Counted from the first letter of the stretch, positions 1-10,614 are shown. The stretch: 64,000 nucleotides of DNA from a bacterium (GCA_965205865.1 CBDBHR010000026.1:224997-288996); one strand, 5' to 3'. The notes: a model not told the origin generated them from the sequence alone. Made by a program: numbers and translations.

Positions 1-88
1 CGTCAATGCCCGTGAACAGCCCAAGCCATCAGACCATGCGCCTGTTCTTGCTGAAATCCAATTCCCGGTCACTATGGTCTCGATCTGA
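1..88 (+). CDS. xth: Exodeoxyribonuclease III-like protein, 3' end only (runs off window start)
   Basis: Frame from base 2 reads VNAREQPKPSDHAPVLAEIQ...stop at 86-88; SDHAPV is the C-terminal catalytic motif of the ExoIII/APE family. Confidence 0.65.
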   Translation, partial: VNAREQPKPSDHAPVLAEIQFPVTMVSI

Positions 89-105
89 ACCCCGCCCCGT
101 CCTTT

Positions 106-468
106 TCAGCTAGGCTGGATCTGGCACAATGACATAAATTGTTCTTCGTCCAATTGAAAAACACCATCGCTCTCGGAGGAGATCTCCACGCGCACTTCTG
201 CATCAAAACCCAGGACAATGTAGCTGTCGTCGTAAATTTGCAAAAAATAGAAAATAGTCAGGTCTTCCTGCATGTCTTCATAGTAAAATCCTATCCTGAG
301 CAATCCCGAGTCAATCAGTTCTGTTAAGAAAGCCCGGTCATCTCCTTGATATCCAGGCAAATGTTCAAAAGCTTCTTTATAGGGAAAGGTATCAATGGCA
401 TATTCGAGAATCATTTCCTCTCCTTCACTTCCCAAGCACAATTCCACCCACTCACTTTGTACTTTCAT
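106..468 (-). CDS. Hypothetical protein, 120 aa
   Basis: Clean acidic ORF at the end of the nadD-glyA run; no recognised motif. Confidence 0.6.
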   Translation of the reverse strand: MKVQSEWVELCLGSEGEEMILEYAIDTFPYKEAFEHLPGYQGDDRAFLTELIDSGLLRIGFYYEDMQEDLTIFYFLQIYDDSYIVLGFDAEVRVEISSESDGVFQLDEEQFMSLCQIQPS

Positions 469-532
469 AGATCTCTCCGGAGGATTTAGATAATGGCATC
501 AAGATTTCAGTGTAAATTGAAGAAAAAAAATA

Positions 533-1231
533 TCAATATTTTTCGTCCATTTTCTTTTTCTTCTCCATTTCCTGGCGAAAGTTGGCATAAACGGAACGTG
601 CAGGTGACGGCAACCACTCGATTCCCGCATGACCGTCTCGAATTTCTGTGGAAGAAATACGCGGTATGTCAAATTCGAAGTAACGTACGAGTTCGCGCCC
701 TTCATAAAGAGCGGATTGTCGCTGCGGATCCCAATTAATCCCTTCAAACCATTGAGGAAGAGGTGCTTGGAGCATGGGCCCAGGCAGGCATGGTTCGTTT
801 GAAATTGAAGAACTCGGGCGTTTCACAACCCATAAAGAAGCAATAGATAGAATATCTCTGGCATTTTTCCACTGTGGAAATTCTTGAAAAGTATCCCAGC
901 CCAGCACAAGGTGCCATATCACTTCCGTATGCTGCTTTTGAAGGTATCTCAACGTATGATAAGTATATCGCGCCTGGCGACTTTTGATTTCAAAATCGCA
1001 AATCTTTACGCGCTCCCAATCCTGAAAGGTTTGTTGGATCATCTCCAAACGTAAGGCATTGGGCAGCAAAGGTTGTTGAAGTTTGAAAGGAGAACGACTG
1101 GTTGGCATGATCACAATTTTTTCCGCTTCCAGTTGTAACAATTGTTCAACCACGGCAACGTGCCCCTTATGAATGGGGTTGAAACTCCCTCCGAATATTG
1201 CATAATGCAGAGGCATCTTTAGTCTTGTCAA
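533..1231 (-). CDS. nadD: Nicotinate-nucleotide adenylyltransferase
   Basis: GGSFNPIHKGH (HIGH) motif, YTYHTL, LVLGWD, ISSTEIR. Confidence 0.92.
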   Translation of the reverse strand: MTRLKMPLHYAIFGGSFNPIHKGHVAVVEQLLQLEAEKIVIMPTSRSPFKLQQPLLPNALRLEMIQQTFQDWERVKICDFEIKSRQARYTYHTLRYLQKQHTEVIWHLVLGWDTFQEFPQWKNARDILSIASLWVVKRPSSSISNEPCLPGPMLQAPLPQWFEGINWDPQRQSALYEGRELVRYFEFDIPRISSTEIRDGHAGIEWLPSPARSVYANFRQEMEKKKKMDEKY

Positions 1232-1249
1232 GGCTGAGATTATTCAGGC

Positions 1250-2542
1250 TCAAGCATATTGCATTTCAGTGAATTGGCTACGAAATCCGCAAACAGCTTC
1301 TTGAACACGGCCGCCTTGCAAAGCTCCCGCAATTAATTCAGCGATCTCTCCCATTTCTGTTTCTTTCATTCCAAAGCGAGTCATCTCCTGTACCCCAATG
1401 CGGAGTCCGGAAGGATTACGGACATCCCGGTCTCCCGGAAGCATGTTGTGATTGAGAATGATGTTGTTGGCGGCCAACTGTTTTGCCAATTCGATGGCGG
1501 AGCCCCGGGCAGAGACATTGACAGCAATTTGATGGCTCTCGGTGAAGCCGAACTCTGGCGCTTCTACAGCTAATCCTTCGTCAAAAAGAGCTTGTCCCAA
1601 GGCTTTTGCGTTTTTCACTATTTGTCCGGCATAGGCTCTCCCGAACTGTTTCATTTCCCGGATTGTGGCAAGCAGACCGGGCAAGGTGTGCAGATGGTGG
1701 CTGCTTGAAGAACCTGGCAGGATTCCCCGGTCGATGCTGGTCCACCATTTCAGTTCTTCTTCTTTTTTCAGATTGCCCAAGACCATGCCACGCTGCGGCC
1801 CTGGAAAAGTCTTATGAGCACTCGCCGTGATAAGATGCGCCCCTTCCTGAAAAGGATTTTGAAATTGCTCTCCGAGGATCAATCCCAGCACGTGCGCAGC
1901 ATCGTATAAGACCGGGATGTTTTTCGCGCGGCAGATTTCCGCGATTGAGGAAACCGGCTCCGGAAATAAAAATAAACTTTTTCCCAAAATCACCAAGTTG
2001 GGAGAAGTTTGTTCGATCAAATCCAAGCTTTTAGCAACATCAATATGGTAGCGGTCTACGGTGGTCGGCCAAAAGTGCAAGGAAATGGAGTTTTTCCTGT
2101 TCATGGCCAAGACCTGTCCACGGACTTGGACCCGCCGGCCAAAGACGCCAGTGGGATTATGACTAATATGACCCCCGGCATCAATGGAATTGGCAATCAC
2201 GGTATCATTGCCACGCAGCAAGGAGAGGGCAACCGCAGTATTGGCAGCATTTCCGCTTATCGGACGAACATCGGCCTGCGCACAATGGGCCAGCGCTTTC
2301 AATTCCTCGGTAGCCATGGTTTCAATCTGATCTATGTAAGCGGTCCCTTCGTAGTATCGATTGATTGTCTCGGAAGTATTGGGATGTCCTTCGGCATAGC
2401 GACCCATGAAATCATTGCACTCCATGGCACGCACTGCAGGTGATTGGGCATTTTCACTGGCAATCAAATTGATCGTTTCCTGCCCCCGCCAGCGATTTTG
2501 ATTTTCAATAATTTTTACGATATCCGATATATCGACGGACAT
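1250..2542 (-). CDS. glyA: Serine hydroxymethyltransferase, archaeal-like subtype; likely start MSVDI at 2542
   Basis: NLIASEN, RYAEGHP..RYYEG, GGHISH, YDAAH, PLP-lysine motif HKTFPGPQRG, SGLRIG. Confidence 0.93.
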   Translation of the reverse strand: MSVDISDIVKIIENQNRWRGQETINLIASENAQSPAVRAMECNDFMGRYAEGHPNTSETINRYYEGTAYIDQIETMATEELKALAHCAQADVRPISGNAANTAVALSLLRGNDTVIANSIDAGGHISHNPTGVFGRRVQVRGQVLAMNRKNSISLHFWPTTVDRYHIDVAKSLDLIEQTSPNLVILGKSLFLFPEPVSSIAEICRAKNIPVLYDAAHVLGLILGEQFQNPFQEGAHLITASAHKTFPGPQRGMVLGNLKKEEELKWWTSIDRGILPGSSSSHHLHTLPGLLATIREMKQFGRAYAGQIVKNAKALGQALFDEGLAVEAPEFGFTESHQIAVNVSARGSAIELAKQLAANNIILNHNMLPGDRDVRNPSGLRIGVQEMTRFGMKETEMGEIAELIAGALQGGRVQEAVCGFRSQFTEMQYA

Positions 2543-2637
2543 AGTGATTCTCCAAAGATCGAGTTTCAGGTTTATCAAAAAGCAAAGAAGTTATTTCTTT
2601 GCCAAGATGCGTCCATTCATTTCATGGGGGGGGTGAT

Positions 2638-3627
2638 TTATTTCGATTCTAATTGTTGCAATAAATCTGCTTTGTTAAATGAAACGACGCCAACGTGCAT
2701 AATCGACATCCCGGCAGCAAGGTTCGCCCAGTGGGCTGCATGTTCTATTGGCGCTTTTCCTGCCATCAAAAACGCCATCACGCTGACTACCATATCTCCG
2801 GCTCCCACCACATCAAATACATCCTGGGCTTGGGAAGCAAAATGCGTATAATTCCCCGGACTTTGAAACAACAACAGCCCATCACGGTCCAAACTGATGG
2901 TGACATACTGAAAATTATAATCTCTTTGGATCTGTTCAGCAGCTTCAAGAGCTTGTTCCTTGCTTTGTAGTGGTCGCTGCAAGAGCGATTCAATTTCCTT
3001 GCGGTTGGGTTTGATCAGGGTAAGATCCCGATAAATCTGATAATCCGCCATTTGCCGCGGGTCGACAATTGTAGGAACCGCATGTTGTATTGTCTGTTCC
3101 CGGATCGTATCCAACACACGATCCGTTAACAATCCCTTTCCATAATCCGAAATGAGGACCAATTCCACCCGGGGAATGGATTCCCTCAAAAATTCAAGGA
3201 TAGCAGGCTCACAAGCAAGCTCCCATTCGGGAGGAGGATCATAGTCCATGCGAAGCAAATGATGATGCCCCGCAATCATTCGATGCTTGAGAATGGTCGT
3301 CAAATCCTCCTGTTGTCGTACACCGCGCGTTGCAATTTGGCTTGCGGCGAAAAGTTCTTGCATCACCTGAGCCTCCGTGTCTCGACCGACCACCCCGCAG
3401 GCTACCACTCGAGCCCCCAACGTCGCTAAATTGCGCATGGCATTGGCCGCGCCTCCCAGCCTGTTTTCTTCCAATTGGACTTGTAGAATGGGGATGGGAG
3501 CTTCCGGAGAAATTCGGCTGACGCTACCAAAGGTATGCCGGTCCAGCATCAAATCGCCTATCACTAATATTGCTGGGGACTGAACTTGCTCCAGGGAAAG
3601 TTGGAGTTCTTGCTTGTTGACCAACAT
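2638..3627 (-). CDS. rfaE1: D-glycero-D-manno-heptose-7-phosphate kinase (PfkB family, stand-alone HldE kinase domain)
   Basis: VIGDLMLD..GSVSRISPEAPIP, GGAANAMRN, ISDYGKG, KPNRKE, DVVGAGD. Confidence 0.9.
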   Translation of the reverse strand: MLVNKQELQLSLEQVQSPAILVIGDLMLDRHTFGSVSRISPEAPIPILQVQLEENRLGGAANAMRNLATLGARVVACGVVGRDTEAQVMQELFAASQIATRGVRQQEDLTTILKHRMIAGHHHLLRMDYDPPPEWELACEPAILEFLRESIPRVELVLISDYGKGLLTDRVLDTIREQTIQHAVPTIVDPRQMADYQIYRDLTLIKPNRKEIESLLQRPLQSKEQALEAAEQIQRDYNFQYVTISLDRDGLLLFQSPGNYTHFASQAQDVFDVVGAGDMVVSVMAFLMAGKAPIEHAAHWANLAAGMSIMHVGVVSFNKADLLQQLESK

Positions 3628-3639
3628 CGCTTTTGGGAT

Positions 3640-4692
3640 TTATGATTTTTTCTGCAAATATTTTTCGATGACTTTTTCGAATTGCTCCAGGGGCAATGAC
3701 CCGGAAAGGATTTCTCCCATGACTTGTTGGGCGTTGGCATCATAGGATCCGATGACAAACCCGGGTGTGCCACTGATGCCGATCGAAAACCCTTCTTCGA
3801 TATCATTTTGGACCAGTTCCCGGTATTTTTCCTCATCGACACATTGCTCAAACTTTTTTAAATCCCTGATATTGATCTGCTTGCCATATGCTTTCAGGTT
3901 CTCAGGGAATTGTTGACGTGGATGCGCAAAAAGAATCGCATGCATTTCTTCGAACTTTCCCTGTTCTCTGGCACATTCCGCGGCATTGGCGGCTTCATCG
4001 GCTTCTGTGTGAAACGATAAGGGAAAATGGCGGTAGGCAAAAGTGACTTTGCCCTCATATTTTTTGATCAATTGGCTGATGGTCGCTTGCGAACGGGCGC
4101 AAAAAGGGCATTGGTAGTCCGAATATTCCAACAACATTACAGACGCTTCCGGACTGCTGCGAATCATTGCGGATCCGACTGCTGCGGTCACCAAGAACTC
4201 TAAAGGAGGCTCTAAATAAGAGATGACCAAATCTTGTTTCAATGCACTGTTAAATTGCTGGAGTTTGTATTTGAATTCGATTTGCCGGGTGAGGAATTGC
4301 TTGATTTGCGGGGCAAACTGTTCCAGACTGCCACGCTTTTTGAGTTGATTCTGTTCATAAAAGCGCTGAATCTGATCATTGCTGATTTCGATTTGATAAT
4401 TTTCTCCAAATTCCGAATGCGTCTTTGCCAGCTTTTTCAGGATATAGCGCGGTAACTCGTCCTGAAGCGCTTCATGCAATTGCGTCAGCAAATCGTGAAT
4501 CGACTTGTTCGTGACATCCTGGAGGTGAATGGCTTCTCCTTCCAAAGTCGCAACAATGGGATTATTCGTATAAATCCGACTAGCAGAAATGGTGTTGTCA
4601 GCGGTTGGTGATCTCTCTCCTTCTTGAGCCCATGCAATCGAAATGAGGCACCCCACAGAACAACACACTATAAAAAATTTGAAGAACTTCAT
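3640..4692 (-). CDS. Exported DsbA-family thiol-disulfide oxidoreductase with N-terminal extension; start MKFFKFF at 4692
   Basis: Signal peptide, EYSDYQCPFC, YRHFPL, GISGTPGF; AAGGA RBS upstream. Confidence 0.85.
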   Translation of the reverse strand: MKFFKFFIVCCSVGCLISIAWAQEGERSPTADNTISASRIYTNNPIVATLEGEAIHLQDVTNKSIHDLLTQLHEALQDELPRYILKKLAKTHSEFGENYQIEISNDQIQRFYEQNQLKKRGSLEQFAPQIKQFLTRQIEFKYKLQQFNSALKQDLVISYLEPPLEFLVTAAVGSAMIRSSPEASVMLLEYSDYQCPFCARSQATISQLIKKYEGKVTFAYRHFPLSFHTEADEAANAAECAREQGKFEEMHAILFAHPRQQFPENLKAYGKQINIRDLKKFEQCVDEEKYRELVQNDIEEGFSIGISGTPGFVIGSYDANAQQVMGEILSGSLPLEQFEKVIEKYLQKKS

Positions 4693-5043
4693 ATTTTCCT
4701 TTTTTAATACAATCAAGACGTACAGCAGTGACGACGCATTGTTCTTTACCCAATCGACGCTTTTGGCAGCTGTAATCATACATGGGGATGCGTATCGAAT
4801 TGTCTGCCAGTCAATAATGGTCTGCCACGGAGCCGCACTACCTTCTAAACTCTTCGGACCTCTGAAAAATGTATGCTCATGATATTAAAATTCAAAAATT
4901 TCGCAAGACGGAAGTCACTCGTTAAACTCGGAATGATTCACTTGCAAAGTAAAGGATTTCTTCATATCTTCGACATATTCCAAGCCCTACATTTTTCTCC
5001 TTTCCGGACAAGCCTTTCTGATTAAACAAGACATTGATTCAGC

Positions 5044-6729
5044 ATGCCCAAACTCTCCCACAAAATTGCCTTTTGGTTGACCATCATTGGAGCAATGGCA
5101 ACCGGAGTCGCGATGGGATTGAGTTCCCGTACTACTTTTCTCGGATTGCTTTGGCTTATTGCCTTAGTTCCCCTGTTCATTGTCTTTGACCGGATTTGTC
5201 AAAACCCCGGTAATTCCTGGCGCAAAAAAGCAATTTTGACTTTGCTTGCTTGCTGGGTCGCGGGTTGCATTTCTGCTGCATTGGCAGCTTCATTCATGAC
5301 GCATTCGATCCATGTCTTTGGGCATCTCAACAAGACAGTCGCAGTACTGATAACCGTATTTGGTTACGGATTGGAATTGACCCTGGTGCTTTTCATAGTC
5401 TTTGCAGTCCCCATTCTATGGATCAGGCAATGGCAAGGTTGGGACATTGTGGTACGCCTCACTTTTTTTTTGATGGTGGAGCCGATTTATCCCAAGTTTT
5501 TTCCTTGGACAATTGGAAAAATCGCATTTCTCGAAGTGCCCTGGATTGCCCAAACTGCTGATTTGATGGGTTCTTGGGGACTGGGATACTATGCGGTGGG
5601 CTGCAATTTTTTACTTCTCTTTTTATGGCGTTTGTACCGCCAGCGTCTGCATGGTTCGCCTTCCTCGTTCAACAAAAGGCTGGCATCGCGTTTCGCTGGG
5701 ATTTACGTTGTGTTGCTGGTTTCAGGAATTGGATATGGAGGATGGAGGACTCATCAGCTTCGCCCTCTTTTTTCACAAGCCCCGGTGCTTTCCGTGGCGG
5801 CGATTCAACCCAATTTTTCCCTGCAAAGACTTGCTTCCAATCCGGACTTGGCATATTCAAAACGAAAAAATAATATCCACGCTCTGCTTATGGATTCTGC
5901 AAAAGCCTTGGCAGCATTCTCGGACTCGAGTTCCCAAACTGACTCTTCCATTCTCAAACTCGTGGTCTGGCCCGAATCAGTCTATCCTTTCGATGCCAAA
6001 AACGTGGAGGGACGGCATCTCGTTGAACAGTTTGCCAGATCTCAGCAAACGGCTGTTTTGTTAACCTCCGTCGATTGGGAATTCACGCCTGCGGGCGATC
6101 GGCAATGGTATGGCATTTCTCTTTTAATAGGAGCTGATGGTACACTAAAAGAACGTTACAACAAAATATACTTGATGCCTTTTGGCGAATTCATTCCGGG
6201 CGCTGAGCTTTTCCCCGCCTATCGGCGGTGGTTGAAAGAATTGGTGCCTAATATTTCCGAATTTGCGCCAGGAAAAGAATATACGGTGTTTCAGCTTTCC
6301 GATACCATTAGATTTTCAGGTGTCATTTGCTATGATGCCTTTTCTGTAGAAATCATACGCAACATGGTGCGTAATGGTGCAGAGTTGATCGTCAATTTGA
6401 GCAATCTTTCTTGGTTTGGCCGAACCAATGCCTCTCGGTTGATGGAGTTGATCCTCCGTTGGCATGCCATCGAAAATCGCGTGCCTTTCCTGCATATCTC
6501 CAACAATGGAGAAAGCGTGTTTCTCAATCCCCTGGGAGAACCGATGAGTGAGAGATTGGGACTTTTTGAACAAGGTAGCTTGTCCGAAACGATCCATTTG
6601 CAGCAGCATTATTCCATTTATCGAGAACATAGAGAATGGATTCATGGCGGAATCATAGCGCTTTTTCTCATCACCTTGCTTTTGGGACACAAGCGTGGAA
6701 AAATATTTACAAACAATTTCGATGCTTGA
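5044..6729 (+). CDS. lnt: Apolipoprotein N-acyltransferase
   Basis: Multiple TM helices, IQPN, VVWPES, YNKIYLMPFGEFIP, ICYD, AIENR nitrilase-fold motifs. Confidence 0.92.
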   Translation: MPKLSHKIAFWLTIIGAMATGVAMGLSSRTTFLGLLWLIALVPLFIVFDRICQNPGNSWRKKAILTLLACWVAGCISAALAASFMTHSIHVFGHLNKTVAVLITVFGYGLELTLVLFIVFAVPILWIRQWQGWDIVVRLTFFLMVEPIYPKFFPWTIGKIAFLEVPWIAQTADLMGSWGLGYYAVGCNFLLLFLWRLYRQRLHGSPSSFNKRLASRFAGIYVVLLVSGIGYGGWRTHQLRPLFSQAPVLSVAAIQPNFSLQRLASNPDLAYSKRKNNIHALLMDSAKALAAFSDSSSQTDSSILKLVVWPESVYPFDAKNVEGRHLVEQFARSQQTAVLLTSVDWEFTPAGDRQWYGISLLIGADGTLKERYNKIYLMPFGEFIPGAELFPAYRRWLKELVPNISEFAPGKEYTVFQLSDTIRFSGVICYDAFSVEIIRNMVRNGAELIVNLSNLSWFGRTNASRLMELILRWHAIENRVPFLHISNNGESVFLNPLGEPMSERLGLFEQGSLSETIHLQQHYSIYREHREWIHGGIIALFLITLLLGHKRGKIFTNNFDA

Positions 6730-6970
6730 ATCCCAAAGTCTTCATTGCCAGAATCAAGGCAATCTAACTCAGAGATGGGAGATCTGTTGAAAAAAAGAGT
6801 ATTGCGAATTACGACTTGGAGATCCATCCCAGACGCCAAGAGCTAAAGTTTCAGCATGTGACCGCACGGGCAGTTGATGTTTAGGTCGTTGGATTGCCAA
6901 AAAAATAGGGGACTGCTGGTCAAAACATTGAAACGGCACGGGGTATTGGTTATCGATTTAAAGAGCTTTT

Positions 6971-8398
6971 ATGCGTAGAAGAAGACTGCTTTGGCAGATT
7001 TATCCTTCTTACCTATTGATCACCATCATTTCGCTGTCGGCAGTCTTTTGGTACGCCTCGAATTCAATCAAGAAGTACATTTTTGAACAAACTGAAGAAG
7101 GCCTTCAGGGCAAAGCCAAGATGCTCGAAAGTCAATTCTCCAATCAACAGATTCTCTCTGACTCTGAAACTGTTGACGCGTTGTGCAAAAATTCAGGTAA
7201 AGCGGGCGGTATACGAGTGACCGTAATTCTTCCTTCCGGAAAAGTGATTGGCGATACAAATCAAAATCCTGCCGTCATGGAAAATCATGCTGGTCGACCG
7301 GAAATCGTGGAAGCGATTGGCGGAAAAGTGGGAACCTCAATTCGGGACAGCACGACGCTTCAAAAAAAAATGATGTATGTTGCCATTCCTTTGATGCGGA
7401 CCGGACGAATCGTCGGAGTGCTTAGAACATCTGTTCCCATCACCCTCATCGGACAATCTTTAAACAAAATCCGGATCCGGTTATTTCTTCAATGGGGAAT
7501 CATTGCCATTGTCGCAGCTGTTATTAGTTTGTTTATTGTTCGTCGTGTCATCCGTCCTTTGAATCAAATGAGAAAAGGGGCGGAACGATTTGCTCAGGGG
7601 GATTTAGCGCATCAGTTGTCGGTCCCGCATTCCGAAGAAATCGGAGGACTTGCTGAAACCTTGAATCAAATGGCATGCCAACTCAATGATCGCATTGAAA
7701 CAATTGTGAAGCTGGAAAACGTTCGCAGCGATTTTGTTGCCAATGTTTCCCATGAACTGAAAACACCGATTACTACCATCAAGGGGTCTGTAGAAACACT
7801 TCTGGATGAAGCTTTCCATCTATCAGACGATGCGAAACGCTTTTTGCGCATCATTGCCAGACATACCGACCGTCTCAGCGCCATCACTGATGACCTGCTC
7901 ACCCTGGCAAGAGTGGAAGAGGAAAATGAAAAGAGAAAGCTGCTTTTTAAAAAGAATCCGCTCAAAGAAATCCTGGATCTCGCCGTTGAAGATTGTGAAC
8001 AGCAAATTCTGGAAAAAAATATAAAAATCAGCCTCGACTGCCAGCAAGGTCTTCAGGCCAAAGCCAATGCCCCGCTCTTGCAACAAGCAATTGTCAATCT
8101 GATCAGCAATGCCATCAAATACAGCCCTGCTGATAGCCCCATTGCCATTGACGCTCAACAATTCGATTCAAATGTTCGCATTCAGGTCAAGGACCAGGGT
8201 TGCGGCATTGCAGCCAATCACCTTCCTCGTTTGTTTGAAAGGTTCTATCGCGTAGACCCCGCCAGAAGCAGAAAACTGGGTGGCACCGGGCTGGGCTTGG
8301 CCATTGTCAGACACATCATTCAAGCGCATGAAGGATGGATCGAGGTTGAAAGCAGACTGGAACAAGGCAGTACGTTTTCCATTTTCCTTCCAAAATAA
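6971..8398 (+). CDS. Membrane sensor histidine kinase, PhoR-like (HAMP-HisKA-HATPase)
   Basis: Two TM segments, HAMP, FVANVSHELKTPIT H-box, NLISNAIKYS, VKDQGCGI, RLFERFYRVD, GGTGLGLAIV. Confidence 0.88.
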   Translation: MRRRRLLWQIYPSYLLITIISLSAVFWYASNSIKKYIFEQTEEGLQGKAKMLESQFSNQQILSDSETVDALCKNSGKAGGIRVTVILPSGKVIGDTNQNPAVMENHAGRPEIVEAIGGKVGTSIRDSTTLQKKMMYVAIPLMRTGRIVGVLRTSVPITLIGQSLNKIRIRLFLQWGIIAIVAAVISLFIVRRVIRPLNQMRKGAERFAQGDLAHQLSVPHSEEIGGLAETLNQMACQLNDRIETIVKLENVRSDFVANVSHELKTPITTIKGSVETLLDEAFHLSDDAKRFLRIIARHTDRLSAITDDLLTLARVEEENEKRKLLFKKNPLKEILDLAVEDCEQQILEKNIKISLDCQQGLQAKANAPLLQQAIVNLISNAIKYSPADSPIAIDAQQFDSNVRIQVKDQGCGIAANHLPRLFERFYRVDPARSRKLGGTGLGLAIVRHIIQAHEGWIEVESRLEQGSTFSIFLPK

Positions 8399-8456
8399 GG
8401 TTGGGATATTTAGGCGCCGTCAGACGAAAGGAGCGGAAACCAATAAGCCGAACCTA

Positions 8457-8560
8457 ATGCGAATTGTTAATTTTTATTTCTTGAACAAAATATTAGAAAT
8501 AGATCCTCATCATCCCTCTCTGAGGCTGCATCAATTGAAAGGTAAATTAAAAAATTTACA
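8457..8560 (+). pseudogene. RelE/YafQ-like toxin fragment cut by IS1380
   Basis: DPHHPSLRLHQLKGKLKNLH then reads into the IS terminal repeat. Confidence 0.6.
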
Positions 8561-10256
8561 CCTAAATCCTGCAATTGAATATTTTGATTGAGTTTCCCCC
8601 CACTCTTTGAGAGGTTTTTTTAAAAAAAAGGATTTGAGAGTTGAATTTCCATCAGTCCTTGCTCATAAAGGTTTTTCCGCCCTCCATTAGATCGTCATAT
8701 TTTGTGATGATCTGATACCCGCTTTCGCGGGCACAAGATTCAAGACGTACTTCTCCCTGGATTTGGGAATCTACATCTCAGCAAAATGTATCCACTGGAG
8801 TGAAACAAAGGATCCAGGTCTCTCCAACAGCGACCCATGCATCCCATTGAGCATTGTAAAGTGTTCTTTCCGGAACTCTCAGTTTTTGTTGACGAGCGCC
8901 ACTCGTCCATTTTCCTGCCATTCGGACAAGATAGGTGCGCATGGTGGCCGGTTCCCAACGGCGCAGTATTGCGTTACCACTACAAAGGGCCATCCAGCGC
9001 AGCGTGTTGTAAGCGAGTATCGCGCATTGGAACAAGGCACTGTTGGCCCAAAAATCGTCGGTTTTAATCTGAGCCAGCGCAGTTTGATTTTTTGCTTCCT
9101 CAATCCATGTCTCAGCGACCGCCCTTTGGCCATACTCTTTGTGAGCCTGCCAGGGAGTGAGCGCGTCAGTGAGAACATAACAAAAATAATCGTACTCCTT
9201 CATCTCAAAGAGGGTGGCCATCCCTTTGAGTTCCTCCTCTTTCTCCCTGCGTACGGCCATGAATTTTCTTGACCTCCTCCAAGTTTCACATTGGTGGGAA
9301 AACTCACACCCTTCCCAAGCGGGCTGCCCCTTCACTTTTTGCCATTTTTGGGTTTCCAACAACGAGACAAGCCCCTTGAGTTTGACCTTGATCAGATAGC
9401 CATGGCCTCGTTCTTCGAGGAAATCCAGCAAATCCCCCACAAAAAAACCACTGTCTCCACGAAACAGAGTGCGAGTCCGATTTGGAAGGTGAGCGAGAAG
9501 TTGCCGCATGAATTCAACGACTCCATTGCTGGTATAGGCACTCCCATCACGAAGCCAACCCTGAAGAATCTCCTTTGTCTCTGCGCAAAATGCCAGCAGA
9601 GGATGATACGAAGCTGCACCGCGTTTGTGGGGATTATATCCGACAGACACTCCTTGCTGCTTGCCGTAGGCCGTTTTCACAGTGGAGTCCACGTCAATCA
9701 CAAGACAGTGTAACACCCCAACGATGCTTGTCCCACTTCGAAGCGCCTTACGCCAGATACCGGCTCGAATCCGATGGTTCAAGCTCTCCATCTCATTGAT
9801 GTTTTTCTGTGTGAAAGTACGCAGTATCCGGCCGAATGTGGTTTCATCCGGAATCCTCAGCCAACCGGCCACACGACTCAAAACACGGTCGTTCCAAACT
9901 GTCACAATCGAACGAATCGAACGGGCGCCACCAACAATGCCGACCACCGACAAAATGACCATGTCCACCGCGTCATAAAGACCCGTGGCGCCACGCCGAT
10001 GATCTACGGTCTGCTCTGTCTTTGAAACAATCCCTTCTTTGTGAAAAAATTTGACAACCGGAATCAAGCCTGCTTGCGCGGTCAGGTCTCTGCCTCCCTG
10101 GCTGATATGGATGTTTTTTGCTGTCGTTCTTGCCGATCTTGCGCTACCTTTGTTTTTCATGGTAATGGTGATCTCTTAAAATGTTGATTCTGGTGTTAAC
10201 TATTTGAGTATATTACCATTTCCATGTTTGATTGTCATCTAATTGCAGGATTTAGG
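8561..10256 (-). mobile_element. IS1380-family insertion sequence, 1696 bp, 16-bp perfect TIR CCTAAATCCTGCAATT
   Basis: TIRs at 8561-8576 and 10241-10256 enclose the transposase; no target duplication seen. Confidence 0.9.
8778..10160 (-). CDS. IS1380-family DDE transposase, apparently intact, 460 aa
   Basis: VIDVDST, GYNPHKRG, FRGDSGF, YGQRAVAETWIEEAK. Confidence 0.9.
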   Translation of the reverse strand: MKNKGSARSARTTAKNIHISQGGRDLTAQAGLIPVVKFFHKEGIVSKTEQTVDHRRGATGLYDAVDMVILSVVGIVGGARSIRSIVTVWNDRVLSRVAGWLRIPDETTFGRILRTFTQKNINEMESLNHRIRAGIWRKALRSGTSIVGVLHCLVIDVDSTVKTAYGKQQGVSVGYNPHKRGAASYHPLLAFCAETKEILQGWLRDGSAYTSNGVVEFMRQLLAHLPNRTRTLFRGDSGFFVGDLLDFLEERGHGYLIKVKLKGLVSLLETQKWQKVKGQPAWEGCEFSHQCETWRRSRKFMAVRREKEEELKGMATLFEMKEYDYFCYVLTDALTPWQAHKEYGQRAVAETWIEEAKNQTALAQIKTDDFWANSALFQCAILAYNTLRWMALCSGNAILRRWEPATMRTYLVRMAGKWTSGARQQKLRVPERTLYNAQWDAWVAVGETWILCFTPVDTFC

Positions 10257-10420
10257 GCATACTCTATTTGATATGTGATTGCTTCGCAGAGTTTGTTTAA
10301 TGCCTCTTCAAAAGTATTCCCGAATCCCATCAGATTCATGGATAATGCTTTTGCATTCCATTTCCCATCTTTTTTTATTCCCAAAATTTGTATTGTTACT
10401 TCAAGATCCGTAACCTTCAT
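10257..10420 (-). pseudogene. HicB-like antitoxin fragment truncated by IS1380
   Basis: GKWNAKALSMNLMGFGNTFEEALNKLCEAI resembles the HicB N-domain; ORF runs into the TIR. Confidence 0.5.
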
Positions 10421-10614
10421 TTCACCCCCCTGCAAGTTAAAATTCATATTATCATGGCAATGCAAAAATTAACGCAATTGTAAACTTTTTAATACTTTGA
10501 TTAAGCCGCGATAGGTAAATCCGGTCTCCATCCTTTCAAACCTCTATTTATACATAATTCATTTTTCTAAAAAAGAAAATATTTAGGATAATTCAATTAA
10601 AAACAAAGAAGGGC

